The translations under genes were made by a program, and so were the position numbers. From Bdellovibrionales bacterium (GTDB lineage: Bacteria; Bdellovibrionota; UBA1018; CAIMNF01), in contig JBEIJY010000003.1 of the NCBI GenBank assembly GCA_040380025.1, positions 51,130 through 115,129 on the forward strand: a stretch of DNA of 64,000 nucleotides, written 5' to 3'. Below the pieces are notes generated by a model. The model searched no databases, had not been told where the DNA came from, and saw only the letters and a list, made by a program, of their open reading frames with translations. This document shows, in pieces, positions 44,910-54,659 of this stretch (the first letter of the stretch is position 1; each line of letters starts with the position of its first letter).

Positions 44910-46094
44910 TCATTCCGGCATTCCCTCCAGGGTGAGTTCCACCGGAATCGCACTCAGCTGATTCAGCAGGTCGAGGTTCACGGCGCCTTTTTTCAGGGCT
45001 TCGGCATCGATCCTAAGGCTCAGCTCGGCGCGATGGCGCTTGGAGTTGAGCGGCTCGGCACTCACCATCTTGTAGAGCAAAATCTGCCGGCCCCGGTCTT
45101 CGATCAGAAGCTTCGGATCGAAATCGCGGTCCGCAAGAACAAGGTCGGTCGCCATGGGACGCTTTCGGGTCAGGAGCAGATGGCCCACGAATGGCACTTC
45201 GGGTGTGCGGTCGAGCGAGAACGAGATCCGGTCGCGTCCGAGAACCCCGCCACTCATGGTCATGGTTGCGAAGTCGCGGAATTTTTGAAGGGCGATGGCG
45301 CGGATTTTGAGCTCGATCTGAAGAATTTTTTGAGTCGCGCTCAGGACCTGTTCGGTCTTCTTTTGATCCACCACCTGATAAAAATACGAGCTGGAGTTCG
45401 TCTTCAGCACGATTTTTTCGCCCTGCAAAGTCGCCGTGATCGTCTCTTGCAGAGGTCCCTGCTCCCGAAAATCGGCGAACTTCACGCTCACCGAGGCCAC
45501 GGTATGGAGCTTCAGGTTCCGGCCTGCCGCCACCTGAACCGGCTTTTGGCAGGTGTAGGGGACTTGCACCACATTCGGTACGCTCTGGCACACTTGGCGA
45601 GCCACATTTTGGCAGATGGTCTCGGGGTAGTTCGAACACTGATAGCGTTGCTCGTTCCGGCAGACCTGGTCGATCCGGGTCTGACACTGGTTGATGGTCT
45701 GGCAGATGTTCCGGGGCACCTGCACGCATCCGTTCATGTTGCACACGCGGTCCATCACGGTCCGACAAACCTGCTGAGGAAAGCACACGTTTCGCGGAAT
45801 GTTCTGGCACACCGGAAAGTTCTGATACGAGCACTGCTGGCGATACTCGGTCCGGCAGACGCGATCGTTCTGGGTCTGGCACTCCTGGCGCGTGCCCTGC
45901 ACCTCGCTCCGATAGCAGGTCTCGTTCACGTATTCGGTGCGATAAATGGTCTCGTATTCTTTAGACTCGAGATCGAACTGCTGGGTTTCTTGATTCAGCG
46001 AAAAGTCGCGCGCGGACGGAAGATCGGTTTCGGCCTGGGCGGGGAGGGCCCCTCCCAGGAACAAGAACAGCAGAGTCGGGACGAGGTGATTCAT
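44910..46094 (-). CDS. Secreted protein with about 15 tandem cysteine octad repeats (C-x7-C)
   Basis: Signal peptide. CQTQNDRVCRTEYRQQCSYQNFPVCQNIPRNVCFPQQVCRTVMDRVC... Each roughly 8-9 aa unit is Cys-Gln/Arg-x5-Val/Ile. Confidence 0.6.
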   Translation of the reverse strand: MNHLVPTLLFLFLGGALPAQAETDLPSARDFSLNQETQQFDLESKEYETIYRTEYVNETCYRSEVQGTRQECQTQNDRVCRTEYRQQCSYQNFPVCQNIPRNVCFPQQVCRTVMDRVCNMNGCVQVPRNICQTINQCQTRIDQVCRNEQRYQCSNYPETICQNVARQVCQSVPNVVQVPYTCQKPVQVAAGRNLKLHTVASVSVKFADFREQGPLQETITATLQGEKIVLKTNSSSYFYQVVDQKKTEQVLSATQKILQIELKIRAIALQKFRDFATMTMSGGVLGRDRISFSLDRTPEVPFVGHLLLTRKRPMATDLVLADRDFDPKLLIEDRGRQILLYKMVSAEPLNSKRHRAELSLRIDAEALKKGAVNLDLLNQLSAIPVELTLEGMPE

Positions 46095-46211
46095 GGGCGG
46101 TTTCTCCTTTTTTCCGGCATTTTGCAGTGTGCAATCGCCGTTTCAGAGGAACATAAATGAATTTAGTTGAATTGTCATGATTTTAATGCTCCGTGTGCCG
46201 GCGAAGTCGCG

Positions 46212-47189
46212 CTACCGGGAATCGCTTTGATCCAGAAACCTCAAGATTTCCTCAGTGCCCTGCAGGCTCTTGATTCCGTCCCACCACGGCGCATTTTTGC
46301 GCGAGTGCAGATATCGCGCCCATTGTTTGATCCGGTTCCCCGAGGGCTGGAGCCGGGAGTACTCCCGAAACACCCGCGCCCAGGAGCGGGGTTGATCATC
46401 ATCAGGAAAACGAAGCGGATCCGGAGTTTCTTGAACCGGAATCCCGAGCTCCCGCCGCATTTCTTCGGCGAGATTCGGCACGGCCAGCGCACCCCGCCCG
46501 ATCATGAAGTGAATCGCCCCGGTCTCTTCGCGGCACCGCCGGAAGTCCTCGATCGTCCAGAGCTCCCCGTTCGCGACCACGGGAATCGAGAGCGCCTGTG
46601 CCACCCGTCCGATGGGGCGCCAGTATGCCGGGGGCTGGTATCCTTGGGTTTTCGTGCGTCCGTGGATGGTGATCCAGCTCGCGCCGCCTTGTTCGGCTCG
46701 ACGCGCGTTCTCGTCGATCACAGATGGATCATCAAACCCGAGCCGCATTTTGGCACTCACCGGAAACCGCGCCGGAACCGCATCCCGTACCGCCCGCACG
46801 ATGGCCTCGATTCGTTCAGGAAACCGAAGCAACGTCGCGCCCCCGTCATTGCGATTCACGGTGGGGGCGGGACAGCCGAAGTTCAGGTCGATTCCGGTGG
46901 CACCGGCCTCGATCGCGGCGACGGCGCTCTCGGCCATCCGGCCCGGGTGGCCCCCCAGAATCTGCACCTGGACAGGAATCCCCGAGGAGGTTCGGGCATT
47001 CTGCCGGAGTTCGGGAATGTGCCGCAAAAACGCCTTGGGCCCGAGGGCTTGCATGCTGACGCGGATGAACTCGCTCACGCAATAGTCATAAAAACCGGTG
47101 CGGGTGATCAGTTCCCGAAATGGGGCATCGGTGACCCCTTCCATCGGGGCCAGAATGACTGCGGGTTGTCCTGGTTTCAAAAAGCTCAT
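46212..47189 (-). CDS. dusC: tRNA-dihydrouridine synthase (DusC-like)
   Basis: LAPMEGVTD...SEFIRV and NFGCP motifs. Confidence 0.7.
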   Translation of the reverse strand: MSFLKPGQPAVILAPMEGVTDAPFRELITRTGFYDYCVSEFIRVSMQALGPKAFLRHIPELRQNARTSSGIPVQVQILGGHPGRMAESAVAAIEAGATGIDLNFGCPAPTVNRNDGGATLLRFPERIEAIVRAVRDAVPARFPVSAKMRLGFDDPSVIDENARRAEQGGASWITIHGRTKTQGYQPPAYWRPIGRVAQALSIPVVANGELWTIEDFRRCREETGAIHFMIGRGALAVPNLAEEMRRELGIPVQETPDPLRFPDDDQPRSWARVFREYSRLQPSGNRIKQWARYLHSRKNAPWWDGIKSLQGTEEILRFLDQSDSR

Positions 47190-47278
47190 GAATCCTGCCT
47201 TGCGCGCCGAATTCTAGCACGATTCCGGCCGTTTCGCCATTTGCGCCCGCGAACAAAGAAGTTTACAGTGGCGCGGTC

Positions 47279-47773
47279 ATGATCGAGGCATTCCGGCCCG
47301 TGAGGGTGTTTCTTCCGTTCGGATTCGTGTTTGTGGTCCTGTACTTCGGTCTCGGGCGACCCGAATCGCTTCTTGCCGGGGCGGTGTTCGCGATTGTGGC
47401 GGGAACCGGAATCCGCTGGCCGATTCCGATCGCGCGCGCCCTCCCGATGCTCCTCCTTTTGACCCTTCTGCTGGGCATGGGCTTTCTTCCCGCATCGGGG
47501 ACCTCGACGGTGGTTCTTCATGCGGCGAGCCTTTTGCTTTCGTTCCGGATTCTTCTTTCGGTCCTCGCCCGGGTTCGTTCTCCGGACCAACGGCATGTCC
47601 GTTCGCTCGTGCCGTTTGCGATGGGGCTCGGGGCGCAGTTCTTCATTTCGCTTTTGTTGCTGATCGCTTCTTTGCGCGGAATCGACCCGCGGGTTCTGCT
47701 GATCGTGCGGATTCTCGACCTGAAGCTTCTTGCGGTCGGGCTCGTCGCGCATTTGTTGAGATCCGCGCGATGA
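47279..47773 (+). CDS. Hypothetical membrane protein
   Basis: Four to five hydrophobic helices. 4-nt overlap (ATGA) with the next gene. Confidence 0.45.
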   Translation: MIEAFRPVRVFLPFGFVFVVLYFGLGRPESLLAGAVFAIVAGTGIRWPIPIARALPMLLLLTLLLGMGFLPASGTSTVVLHAASLLLSFRILLSVLARVRSPDQRHVRSLVPFAMGLGAQFFISLLLLIASLRGIDPRVLLIVRILDLKLLAVGLVAHLLRSAR

Positions 47774-48585
47774 AGCGACCGAACCGGGCGGAACGCGCGC
47801 GGATCATCGAGGATCTGTACGGGCGGTTCCATGATCCGAAATATCTCGAGTGGGATCCGCTCGGAGTGATCCGCGAGTATCATGCCTCCGGCGATCAGGA
47901 ATACATCGCGCTCCTTTCGGCCTTGTTCGCCTTCGGAGGCGTGAAGCAAATCATCGCCTCGGTCAGGAATGCGCTCGGGCGCTTGGAGCTTACGCCGGCC
48001 CGCGGTGGAATCGAGAATCTGGAAGAGCCAGTGCTTTCCGAAAAACTCGCGGGGTTTGTCCATCGCATTTACATCGACCGCGACCTGATCGCCCTGACCA
48101 TGCTGTACCGGCAGTCGCTTCGCGTGCATGGCTCGCTTCGGGATCATTTTTTGGTGCATCATGATTCCGGCGCACCCACTGTCGAACAGGGCCTTGCGGG
48201 ACTGATTCGCGATTATCGGGTTTGGTCCGAGGCTCTTGCGCTGAAAGGACCGCACTTTCGGCACATGCTGAACTCGCCCGAAGACGGCGGAACCTGCAAG
48301 CGCTGGCTCATGCTTTTGAAGTGGCTCATCCGGCCGGATGATGGAATCGATCTCGGCCTTTGGGCGGGGAACCCGGCTCTTCGCCCGGAACAGCTTTTGA
48401 TTCCGCTCGACACGCATTTGTTCAAGATCTCGCGTCAGCTCGGGCTCACGAAAAAGAAAACCGCGAACTGGGCCGCCGCGGTCGAGGTTACGAACGCGCT
48501 TCGCGTCCTCGATCCGGTCGATCCGGTGAAGTATGATTTCTCGCTCTGCCGGTTCGGGATGTTCGATTATCGGGGGATGCTTTAA
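47770..48585 (+). CDS. DUF2400/TIGR02757-like hypothetical protein
   Basis: DPLGVIREYHASGDQEYIALLSALFAFGGVKQI resembles the TIGR02757 family. Assignment made from memory only. Confidence 0.4.
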   Translation: MKRPNRAERARIIEDLYGRFHDPKYLEWDPLGVIREYHASGDQEYIALLSALFAFGGVKQIIASVRNALGRLELTPARGGIENLEEPVLSEKLAGFVHRIYIDRDLIALTMLYRQSLRVHGSLRDHFLVHHDSGAPTVEQGLAGLIRDYRVWSEALALKGPHFRHMLNSPEDGGTCKRWLMLLKWLIRPDDGIDLGLWAGNPALRPEQLLIPLDTHLFKISRQLGLTKKKTANWAAAVEVTNALRVLDPVDPVKYDFSLCRFGMFDYRGML

Positions 48586-50387
48586 ATCCCCTCGTTCATC
48601 CCACGGAGCGCCTTCAGGTTGCGGTTCACGATTTCTTCGATTTTGCGGCTTCTCGACCGGGGTTCCCCGATTCCGATCACCCTCCGGATCACCCGAAAGG
48701 TCTCTTCTGCGCTCAGACGCTTCCGGTTCCGGATCAGGCTGGTGGTGAAGTGCAGGATTCCATCGCCCGTGAGGCGCAATTCGGGGTTTTCGACCGACGA
48801 CCGCATCGTGAGCTGAAGAAGCGTCTTGTTCAGATTCCCCTGATGGAACCGCTCCGAGACGAGTCGGGCGACCGCAAGGTACCGCTCTTGGAGTGCCCGG
48901 ATGGTCTTGCTTCGTGCGGGTCTGCTCTTCAGGTCGCGCGGGCGGGCGTAGCTCGAACGGATCAGGTTCACCAAATCCGGCTCTGGCAAGGGACGCGCGT
49001 TCTCGCAAAGCCGCTTCGGTAGCTCGCGGTTCAGGCTCGCCATGCAAAACACGGCATCTCCCGTGATGCCATCGGGAGTCCGATAGGTTCCTTGCACCGA
49101 TTGCACCCGCTCGAGAGTGGCGTGCAGACGCTTCAGCTTGCCAACCTGCCCGGGGTGCTTTTCGAGCAAAAATGCTGTTTGTTCGCGTGAATACCCCAGC
49201 TTCCGGAGCAGGTTCTGCTGAAGACACCGCCGAAAATTCCGATCGAAGAGCTTGAGCAGCGGATCCTTCCGGAAGGCCTCGATCGGGCGCTTTTTTCCGC
49301 TCAAAAGAAAATCGCGGATCTGCGCGAAGTTCTGCACGGTGTAGCGCGCCTTGATCCGTTGTTCGGGGATGTTCGTCGACATGCGGTCGACATCGTCGTA
49401 GCGGTACTCGCGGTGGAACAGCCCGAACTGCCGGACCGAGCCGTAGTCGATGATGCCCCCGTTCGCCAGGATGTTGTCGCCATCCCAGTCGAGCCAGCAA
49501 AACACATATTCCGCTTCGAACTTGGCCGCGATCGCCGAGAAGGTCAGTGCCTCGTATTCCGCGAATCGCTCGTAGCGCTTTCGGGCGGGGAGACCCTTCA
49601 TGTCGGGGAGGTCGCCGTTTTCGGCCTGGCGGGCGATGAAATAATCGACCGCTTGTCGCAAATCCTGCAAGCGGCCCTGTTTTAAAAAATGGAACAAATG
49701 CGCCGGGCGCAGAAGATTCGGTCCCGCCCGCACATTGATCGACGACCCGCCTTCGAACGAGATGAGCGCAAGCGTCCGCTCGGTCTCGATGCCCTGAAGA
49801 TGAAACGACTCGCTCATCAAAGCGGCGCTCAAGCCGTCTTGCAAATAGTTGTAGCCGTTTCCGTAGCCGACCCGCTGGTCGCCCGTCTTGATGAATTTTT
49901 TGGTCATCGCATAGGCCGGGCTCAGGCGGGTGGCGCCGGTGCCCGAGCTGATGATGTCCCAGGTTCTTCCCCGGTGACGGATCTCGCCGTTCCAGATGCC
50001 GCGTCCGTCGCCCGAGGTCGTGCCCTTCTTGTCGGGGTGTTGCAGTTGCAGGTACCGGGTCGCCATGTAGGGATGGGGCCGGATGTCGCACTCCGGGATG
50101 GCGACATTTTTTTGGAGGTCGTATTCGTTGATGATCTGAAGCGAAAAGGTGTCGAGAATCTTCGTCCGAAGTGCCGAGGTCAGGGTGTCGGGGTGGTCGC
50201 GGTCGATCAGGCCCATCTGTTTTGCGAGCTCGAAGTTGAAGAAGTACACCGTTCCGCCCGGACGGAATCGGACGCGGTAATCGATGTGGCCGTTCGGGAC
50301 GGCCGCGCGGTAGGAGTGGGAGCCGTCGATTTGGTCGAATGCCTCATAGGCGGTGCCCTCGGGGAGGCGAGCTTTTTTGAGACCCAT
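48582..50387 (-). CDS. SelO/YdiU-like protein adenylyltransferase family protein
   Basis: About 600 aa with LLRPAHLFHF and a pseudokinase-like core reminiscent of SelO. Confidence 0.45.
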   Translation of the reverse strand: MGLKKARLPEGTAYEAFDQIDGSHSYRAAVPNGHIDYRVRFRPGGTVYFFNFELAKQMGLIDRDHPDTLTSALRTKILDTFSLQIINEYDLQKNVAIPECDIRPHPYMATRYLQLQHPDKKGTTSGDGRGIWNGEIRHRGRTWDIISSGTGATRLSPAYAMTKKFIKTGDQRVGYGNGYNYLQDGLSAALMSESFHLQGIETERTLALISFEGGSSINVRAGPNLLRPAHLFHFLKQGRLQDLRQAVDYFIARQAENGDLPDMKGLPARKRYERFAEYEALTFSAIAAKFEAEYVFCWLDWDGDNILANGGIIDYGSVRQFGLFHREYRYDDVDRMSTNIPEQRIKARYTVQNFAQIRDFLLSGKKRPIEAFRKDPLLKLFDRNFRRCLQQNLLRKLGYSREQTAFLLEKHPGQVGKLKRLHATLERVQSVQGTYRTPDGITGDAVFCMASLNRELPKRLCENARPLPEPDLVNLIRSSYARPRDLKSRPARSKTIRALQERYLAVARLVSERFHQGNLNKTLLQLTMRSSVENPELRLTGDGILHFTTSLIRNRKRLSAEETFRVIRRVIGIGEPRSRSRKIEEIVNRNLKALRGMNEGI

Positions 50388-50485
50388 ATTCCTAGGATCG
50401 GAAGATTCGCGCGAAAAATTAAATCGCGGGTCGGCCCCGACACACTTTTCAGATGGCCCTTCCCTCGCTATCCTGAAGCAACCCC

Positions 50486-51166
50486 ATGAATCTCGTTCTG
50501 TACTCCGGAGGACAATCCCGAAGCAACCATCGCCTCCACCGCGCGGTGGTCGACCTTGCCCGCGCCCGAAGGCGCGGTCGCCGGACTCTGCAGCTCACCT
50601 ACATTCCGTTCTGCGCCGACTCCTCGAGTGTGTTCTTCCTGCGCGCCATGAGGCGCTATCGGGCCCACGGTGTCGAGCGGTTCTTCTGCCTTCATGCCGA
50701 CGAACCCCATTCCCGGGACGAGGTCCGCATGGCACTCGAAAGCGACATCATCTACCTTGCGGGCGGGAACACCTTTTACTTTTTGAAGCACCTGCGCGAA
50801 TCCGGGCTTCTCGAAAAGATCAGGGATTTCGCCCATCAGGGCGGTGTGTTAGCCGGGCTCAGCGCCGGCGGCCTCATCATGAGCCCGACCATCGCGAGTG
50901 CGGGCGAGCCATCCCTGAACCCGGACGAAAACGAGGTCGGGCTTCGGGACCTGCGGGGAATGAACCTCTTCCCCTTCGAGTTCTCGCCGCACTTCGAGAG
51001 GAGCAAGGCCGAGATTCGTGCCCACCTCGATTATTCCCGAAAGACCCGCCACCCGGTTTATGCGGCGGCCGACGGGGGTGGAATGGTTCTGAACGGCGAA
51101 ACCTGGAGCGTGTACGGGGAGGCGGTTTTGTTCCAAAAAGGCGTAATGATTCGACTCGAAAAATGA
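50486..51166 (+). CDS. Peptidase S51 family (dipeptidase E / cyanophycinase-like)
   Basis: IYLAGGNTFY and GLSAGG (nucleophile Ser) motifs. Confidence 0.65.
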   Translation: MNLVLYSGGQSRSNHRLHRAVVDLARARRRGRRTLQLTYIPFCADSSSVFFLRAMRRYRAHGVERFFCLHADEPHSRDEVRMALESDIIYLAGGNTFYFLKHLRESGLLEKIRDFAHQGGVLAGLSAGGLIMSPTIASAGEPSLNPDENEVGLRDLRGMNLFPFEFSPHFERSKAEIRAHLDYSRKTRHPVYAAADGGGMVLNGETWSVYGEAVLFQKGVMIRLEK

Positions 51167-51191
51167 ACTTCTACCTGTTAGACTCGCGGGC

Positions 51192-51560
51192 ATGGAACAC
51201 ACACCCGAAAATCAAAAAGTTCAAGCGACCCTGAAAACCCTGAATGAGCTGAAGGAAAAGGTGGAAACCTTGTTCTCTCGCGAAAAACTGCACGAACTGC
51301 AGTCGACCATCGCCTCTTCGATCGAAGAAACCCAGGCCGTGGTCGGACATCGCATCGATGCCGAGATGAAGAAGACCCTGAAAGGCACCGTGCAGTTTCT
51401 GAACGGCGCCCGCGCCGAGCTCGACGGAATCCAAAAGCGGATTCTGAAGCTCATGAGCACCAAAAAGACTTCGGCCAAAAAAGTCGCCAAGAAGCCGGCC
51501 AAGAAAGCCGCTAAAAAGGCGCCGGCCCGCAAGGTCGCCGCAAAAGCCCGGAAGGCCTGA
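51192..51560 (+). CDS. Small coiled-coil protein with a histone-H1-like lysine-rich tail (phasin/PhaF-like or nucleoid-associated)
   Basis: C-terminal KKTSAKKVAKKPAKKAAKKAPARKVAAKARKA. N-terminal amphipathic helices. Confidence 0.5.
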   Translation: MEHTPENQKVQATLKTLNELKEKVETLFSREKLHELQSTIASSIEETQAVVGHRIDAEMKKTLKGTVQFLNGARAELDGIQKRILKLMSTKKTSAKKVAKKPAKKAAKKAPARKVAAKARKA

Positions 51561-51579
51561 TTTCATTTCTTCGGGGCTC

Positions 51580-51614
51580 GGGGTGTGCATTCGCCAAGCG
51601 AGAGTGCACACCCC
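51580..51614. terminator. GC-rich hairpin between convergent genes
   Basis: GGGGTGTGCA...TGCACACCCC 10-bp stem with a 15-nt loop. No clear U-tract. Confidence 0.4.
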
Positions 51615-51636
51615 GAATTCCGGAGTCCCCGCTCGT

Positions 51637-52629
51637 TCAGTAAATTCTCTTTCCGAGAGCCGAACCCACGAGCTCCAAACCCAATTCCACAGTAATGTTC
51701 CCCTCGCCGCGATGGGCGGGGTCCACGTATCCCAATCGAGGATTGATCTCGACCAGATCCATTCCGGTCAGCATTCCGGTTTCGGCGACACTTTCGGCGA
51801 TGTAGTGCGCCTCACGATAGTTCAGGCCTCCGCGAACTCGCGTTCCCGTGCTCGGTGCGAAGTGCGGGTCGACCGAGTCGATGTCGTAGCTCAAATGCAA
51901 GGGTCTTGGCCCGTCTCGATGCAAAATCCCGAGCGTCCGCTCCATTACTCCGCCGATTCCGTAGCGATCGACCTCGGTCATCGAGAACACATTCACGCCC
52001 CAGGATTTCATGAGCTCGCGTTCTTCGGAATCGATCGAGCGAATGCCGATCAGCACGAGTTGGTTGGGGGACAGATGATTTCGAAGCCAGTCAAAGCCCG
52101 GAAGGGCGTATTTCTTCATGAGCCCCGTCAAGAACGAGAGCGGCATGCCGTGGATGTTCCCCGACGGCGAAGTCTCGGGAGTGTTGAAGTCTCCGTGGGC
52201 ATCGACCCAGATCACGCCGAGATTCGGACGCGCCATCAGGGCGCCTCCGATCGAGCCGATCGCAACGCTGTGATCGCCGCCCAGGGTGAGCGAGAACTCG
52301 TTTTTGCGATGGCATTCCTCGGCAAGAAGCGCGATCTCGCGGCAGGTGTCGCCGAGCTCGGTCGGGAACTTGATCTTGAGCCCGTGCTGATGGGCCGGGA
52401 GCATTCCTTTCGGCGAGTTCCAGCGCAGATCATGCGGATCGACCTCGGTGACGGTCGCGACCTTCCAGCCGAGCGACTCGATCTGGCCCAGGATTCCGTT
52501 TTTGATCAAGATCTCGGGTGCCTCATCGACGCCCTCAAGGGTTTGGCCCAGGGCCACCGGGGCCTCGATGATGTTCACGGATTTACTGCTCAGGTAACTG
52601 GAGGGAGGACTTTGCATAGGAGGTCTCAT
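51637..52629 (-). CDS. Arginase/agmatinase-family ureohydrolase
   Basis: GGDHS, DAHGD and SYDIDSVDP manganese-ligand motifs. Confidence 0.8.
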   Translation of the reverse strand: MRPPMQSPPSSYLSSKSVNIIEAPVALGQTLEGVDEAPEILIKNGILGQIESLGWKVATVTEVDPHDLRWNSPKGMLPAHQHGLKIKFPTELGDTCREIALLAEECHRKNEFSLTLGGDHSVAIGSIGGALMARPNLGVIWVDAHGDFNTPETSPSGNIHGMPLSFLTGLMKKYALPGFDWLRNHLSPNQLVLIGIRSIDSEERELMKSWGVNVFSMTEVDRYGIGGVMERTLGILHRDGPRPLHLSYDIDSVDPHFAPSTGTRVRGGLNYREAHYIAESVAETGMLTGMDLVEINPRLGYVDPAHRGEGNITVELGLELVGSALGKRIY

Positions 52630-54077
52630 TTCGGTCGCGCATTCACGGGTAATTCCGCAAAATATTTTAAAACTCCGTTTTTAAGCCCGCTCACCACATC
52701 CCGGAGCCGCGCCGGATACCGAAAGCTCATGCCCCGGTACGAGGCCGATTCGGTGGCCCGCGCAAGACGCGGGAACTCGTCGACATGATCGTAGTGCAAG
52801 CACTCCATGTACACCGTGAGTGCCCGAAGGTTCCTGCGGTTCAAATAAAGATTGCGCGCGTACACGCCGTTTTTGACGCGAATCGAGCTCATGAATTCGG
52901 GCGAATCGAGGAGCGGAAGCCCCGCGCTCTTCGAAAGCTCACCCGTCATGGCCGAGGCGAGCTCGACCGATTCGCGCCAACGGCGCACCTCGAGCAGGTG
53001 CTTCAGGTGGTGGCTCCGGAATACGCGCGACCCGGTCTCATTCGCGCGGACTCCCCCCGGAACAAAGGCTTCGATCGAGGTCTGCGTGCTCTGGAGCTTG
53101 TCGCTTTGGCTCGCATCATAGTGAATGACGAGCACGAGGTCCGGATCGACTGAATCGATGATCCGTGAGCGGGCCTCAAGGTCCTCACCGAAGATGAAAA
53201 ACTGCCCGCGTTGCAGGGACGACCTGGCCTTCGCTGTCTCTGGCGCGCTCTTCACGGCCCGAATGGCCGATGATTCCGGAAGATTCAGGAGCGGGCTCAT
53301 CCAGGAGTCCTTGGCATTGTAAAAATACTGGTTCACGTAAGGCTCGACGTTGAAGCCCGCGGGCGTGGTCGAGGCCACTGTGCCGCCTCGGGTTCGGGTC
53401 AGGGTCACGGTTGCTCCGAGAGATTCCAGTTCGTTCGCCAAAAGAAGAGACGTCCAGAGCGCGATCTCCCCCTCGCTCACCTTTTGGCCTCCGATCTTCA
53501 CGAACTTGCCGGTCTCGACGTCCCAGTGTTCGGTTCCCATGTGGCCCGGGTCAATCACGATTCGAAGGCCCGCAAGGGGAGTCGCAGAAAGTCTCTTGCG
53601 GAAGCGGTGGGCGATGAACCGGAGCCGGAACAAAAGCGAATCCGAATCGAGGCTCCGCGCCTGGCTCGAGAGCGGATACGTGAACTCCAAAAAATGAGAG
53701 GGCAAAAACGCCTCGAAGAACGCGCGATAAAACGAGAGGCTTCCCTGTTCGAACCGCAAGTACCGACGAAGGCCCCCGTCCGGATCGATCGCGCGGAAGT
53801 TCGCCGTCATCTCGGCCTCATTCACCAGTCCTGCGGCCGGAAAGCCCTGAAAATCCGGAGCGGGCTCCGGCGGGATTCCGAGCGCTTCGAGAGCGGCCGA
53901 GAACTTGCGCTCGCGCTCCTCGGAGGGGCCGGGGAGGTCGAACGATATGGTGTCGCGAAACTCCGTGATCGTCGGGTCGATGTATCCGTGCTGATCTTCG
54001 GACTCATACGCGAGCGCACCGGAAGCCATCAGAAAAGAACAAAAAAGAGCAAGAAAAAGCCGATTGAATCCCATCAT
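52626..54077 (-). CDS. Secreted N-acetylmuramoyl-L-alanine amidase (Amidase_3 family)
   Basis: Signal peptide. GLRIVIDPGHMG amidase_3 motif. Confidence 0.6.
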   Translation of the reverse strand: MMGFNRLFLALFCSFLMASGALAYESEDQHGYIDPTITEFRDTISFDLPGPSEERERKFSAALEALGIPPEPAPDFQGFPAAGLVNEAEMTANFRAIDPDGGLRRYLRFEQGSLSFYRAFFEAFLPSHFLEFTYPLSSQARSLDSDSLLFRLRFIAHRFRKRLSATPLAGLRIVIDPGHMGTEHWDVETGKFVKIGGQKVSEGEIALWTSLLLANELESLGATVTLTRTRGGTVASTTPAGFNVEPYVNQYFYNAKDSWMSPLLNLPESSAIRAVKSAPETAKARSSLQRGQFFIFGEDLEARSRIIDSVDPDLVLVIHYDASQSDKLQSTQTSIEAFVPGGVRANETGSRVFRSHHLKHLLEVRRWRESVELASAMTGELSKSAGLPLLDSPEFMSSIRVKNGVYARNLYLNRRNLRALTVYMECLHYDHVDEFPRLARATESASYRGMSFRYPARLRDVVSGLKNGVLKYFAELPVNARPK

Positions 54078-54111
54078 CCGGCCAAGATCTTTAGCGGGAT
54101 CCGGCCCGAAG

Positions 54112-54624
54112 TCAACCCGAAAGCCCGGGCCAGGCCGCAAGCGGAAAGAACCGCAGGACCACGGCAAGAATCGCCCACGACAACACGCCCGCCAGCAGAT
54201 CATCGGCGATGACTCCGAAGGATTGCAGGGGGCCGATCGGGAAGCGTTTTCCGTACTGATCGAGCTGGCGGATCGGCGGGGGCTTCAGCGCATCGAGCAG
54301 GCGGAACAAAACAAACTGAACGAAAAGAATTGAAAAATCCGCGGGAAACATTCCCATCGCCAGAAGAAACCCGAGCACCTCGTCGATCACGATTTTTTGC
54401 GAATCCGGCTCCCCTGTGTTCCGGCTCCATTCGAGGGTGGCCCACCAGCCGGCAAAAAAAAGTGCCAAAAAAAGCACGAGAAGGGCCAAAGGGCTCCAGT
54501 CCCGGGTCACGAGGACGATCGGTACCGCCATCAGGGTGCCCATGGTTCCGGGCGCTTTCGGCGCAAATCCCGCGCCCCCGGCCGTGGCGAGGAACGCGAC
54601 AAGGAATCGTTTTGTTTTTTGCAC
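54112..54624 (-). CDS. pgpA: Phosphatidylglycerophosphatase A
   Basis: GTMGTLMA...DEVLG motifs. Confidence 0.75.
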   Translation of the reverse strand: MQKTKRFLVAFLATAGGAGFAPKAPGTMGTLMAVPIVLVTRDWSPLALLVLFLALFFAGWWATLEWSRNTGEPDSQKIVIDEVLGFLLAMGMFPADFSILFVQFVLFRLLDALKPPPIRQLDQYGKRFPIGPLQSFGVIADDLLAGVLSWAILAVVLRFFPLAAWPGLSG

Positions 54625-54659
54625 GGAGAGTTCGTATCAAAGAACAGGGGCGCCGGTCG

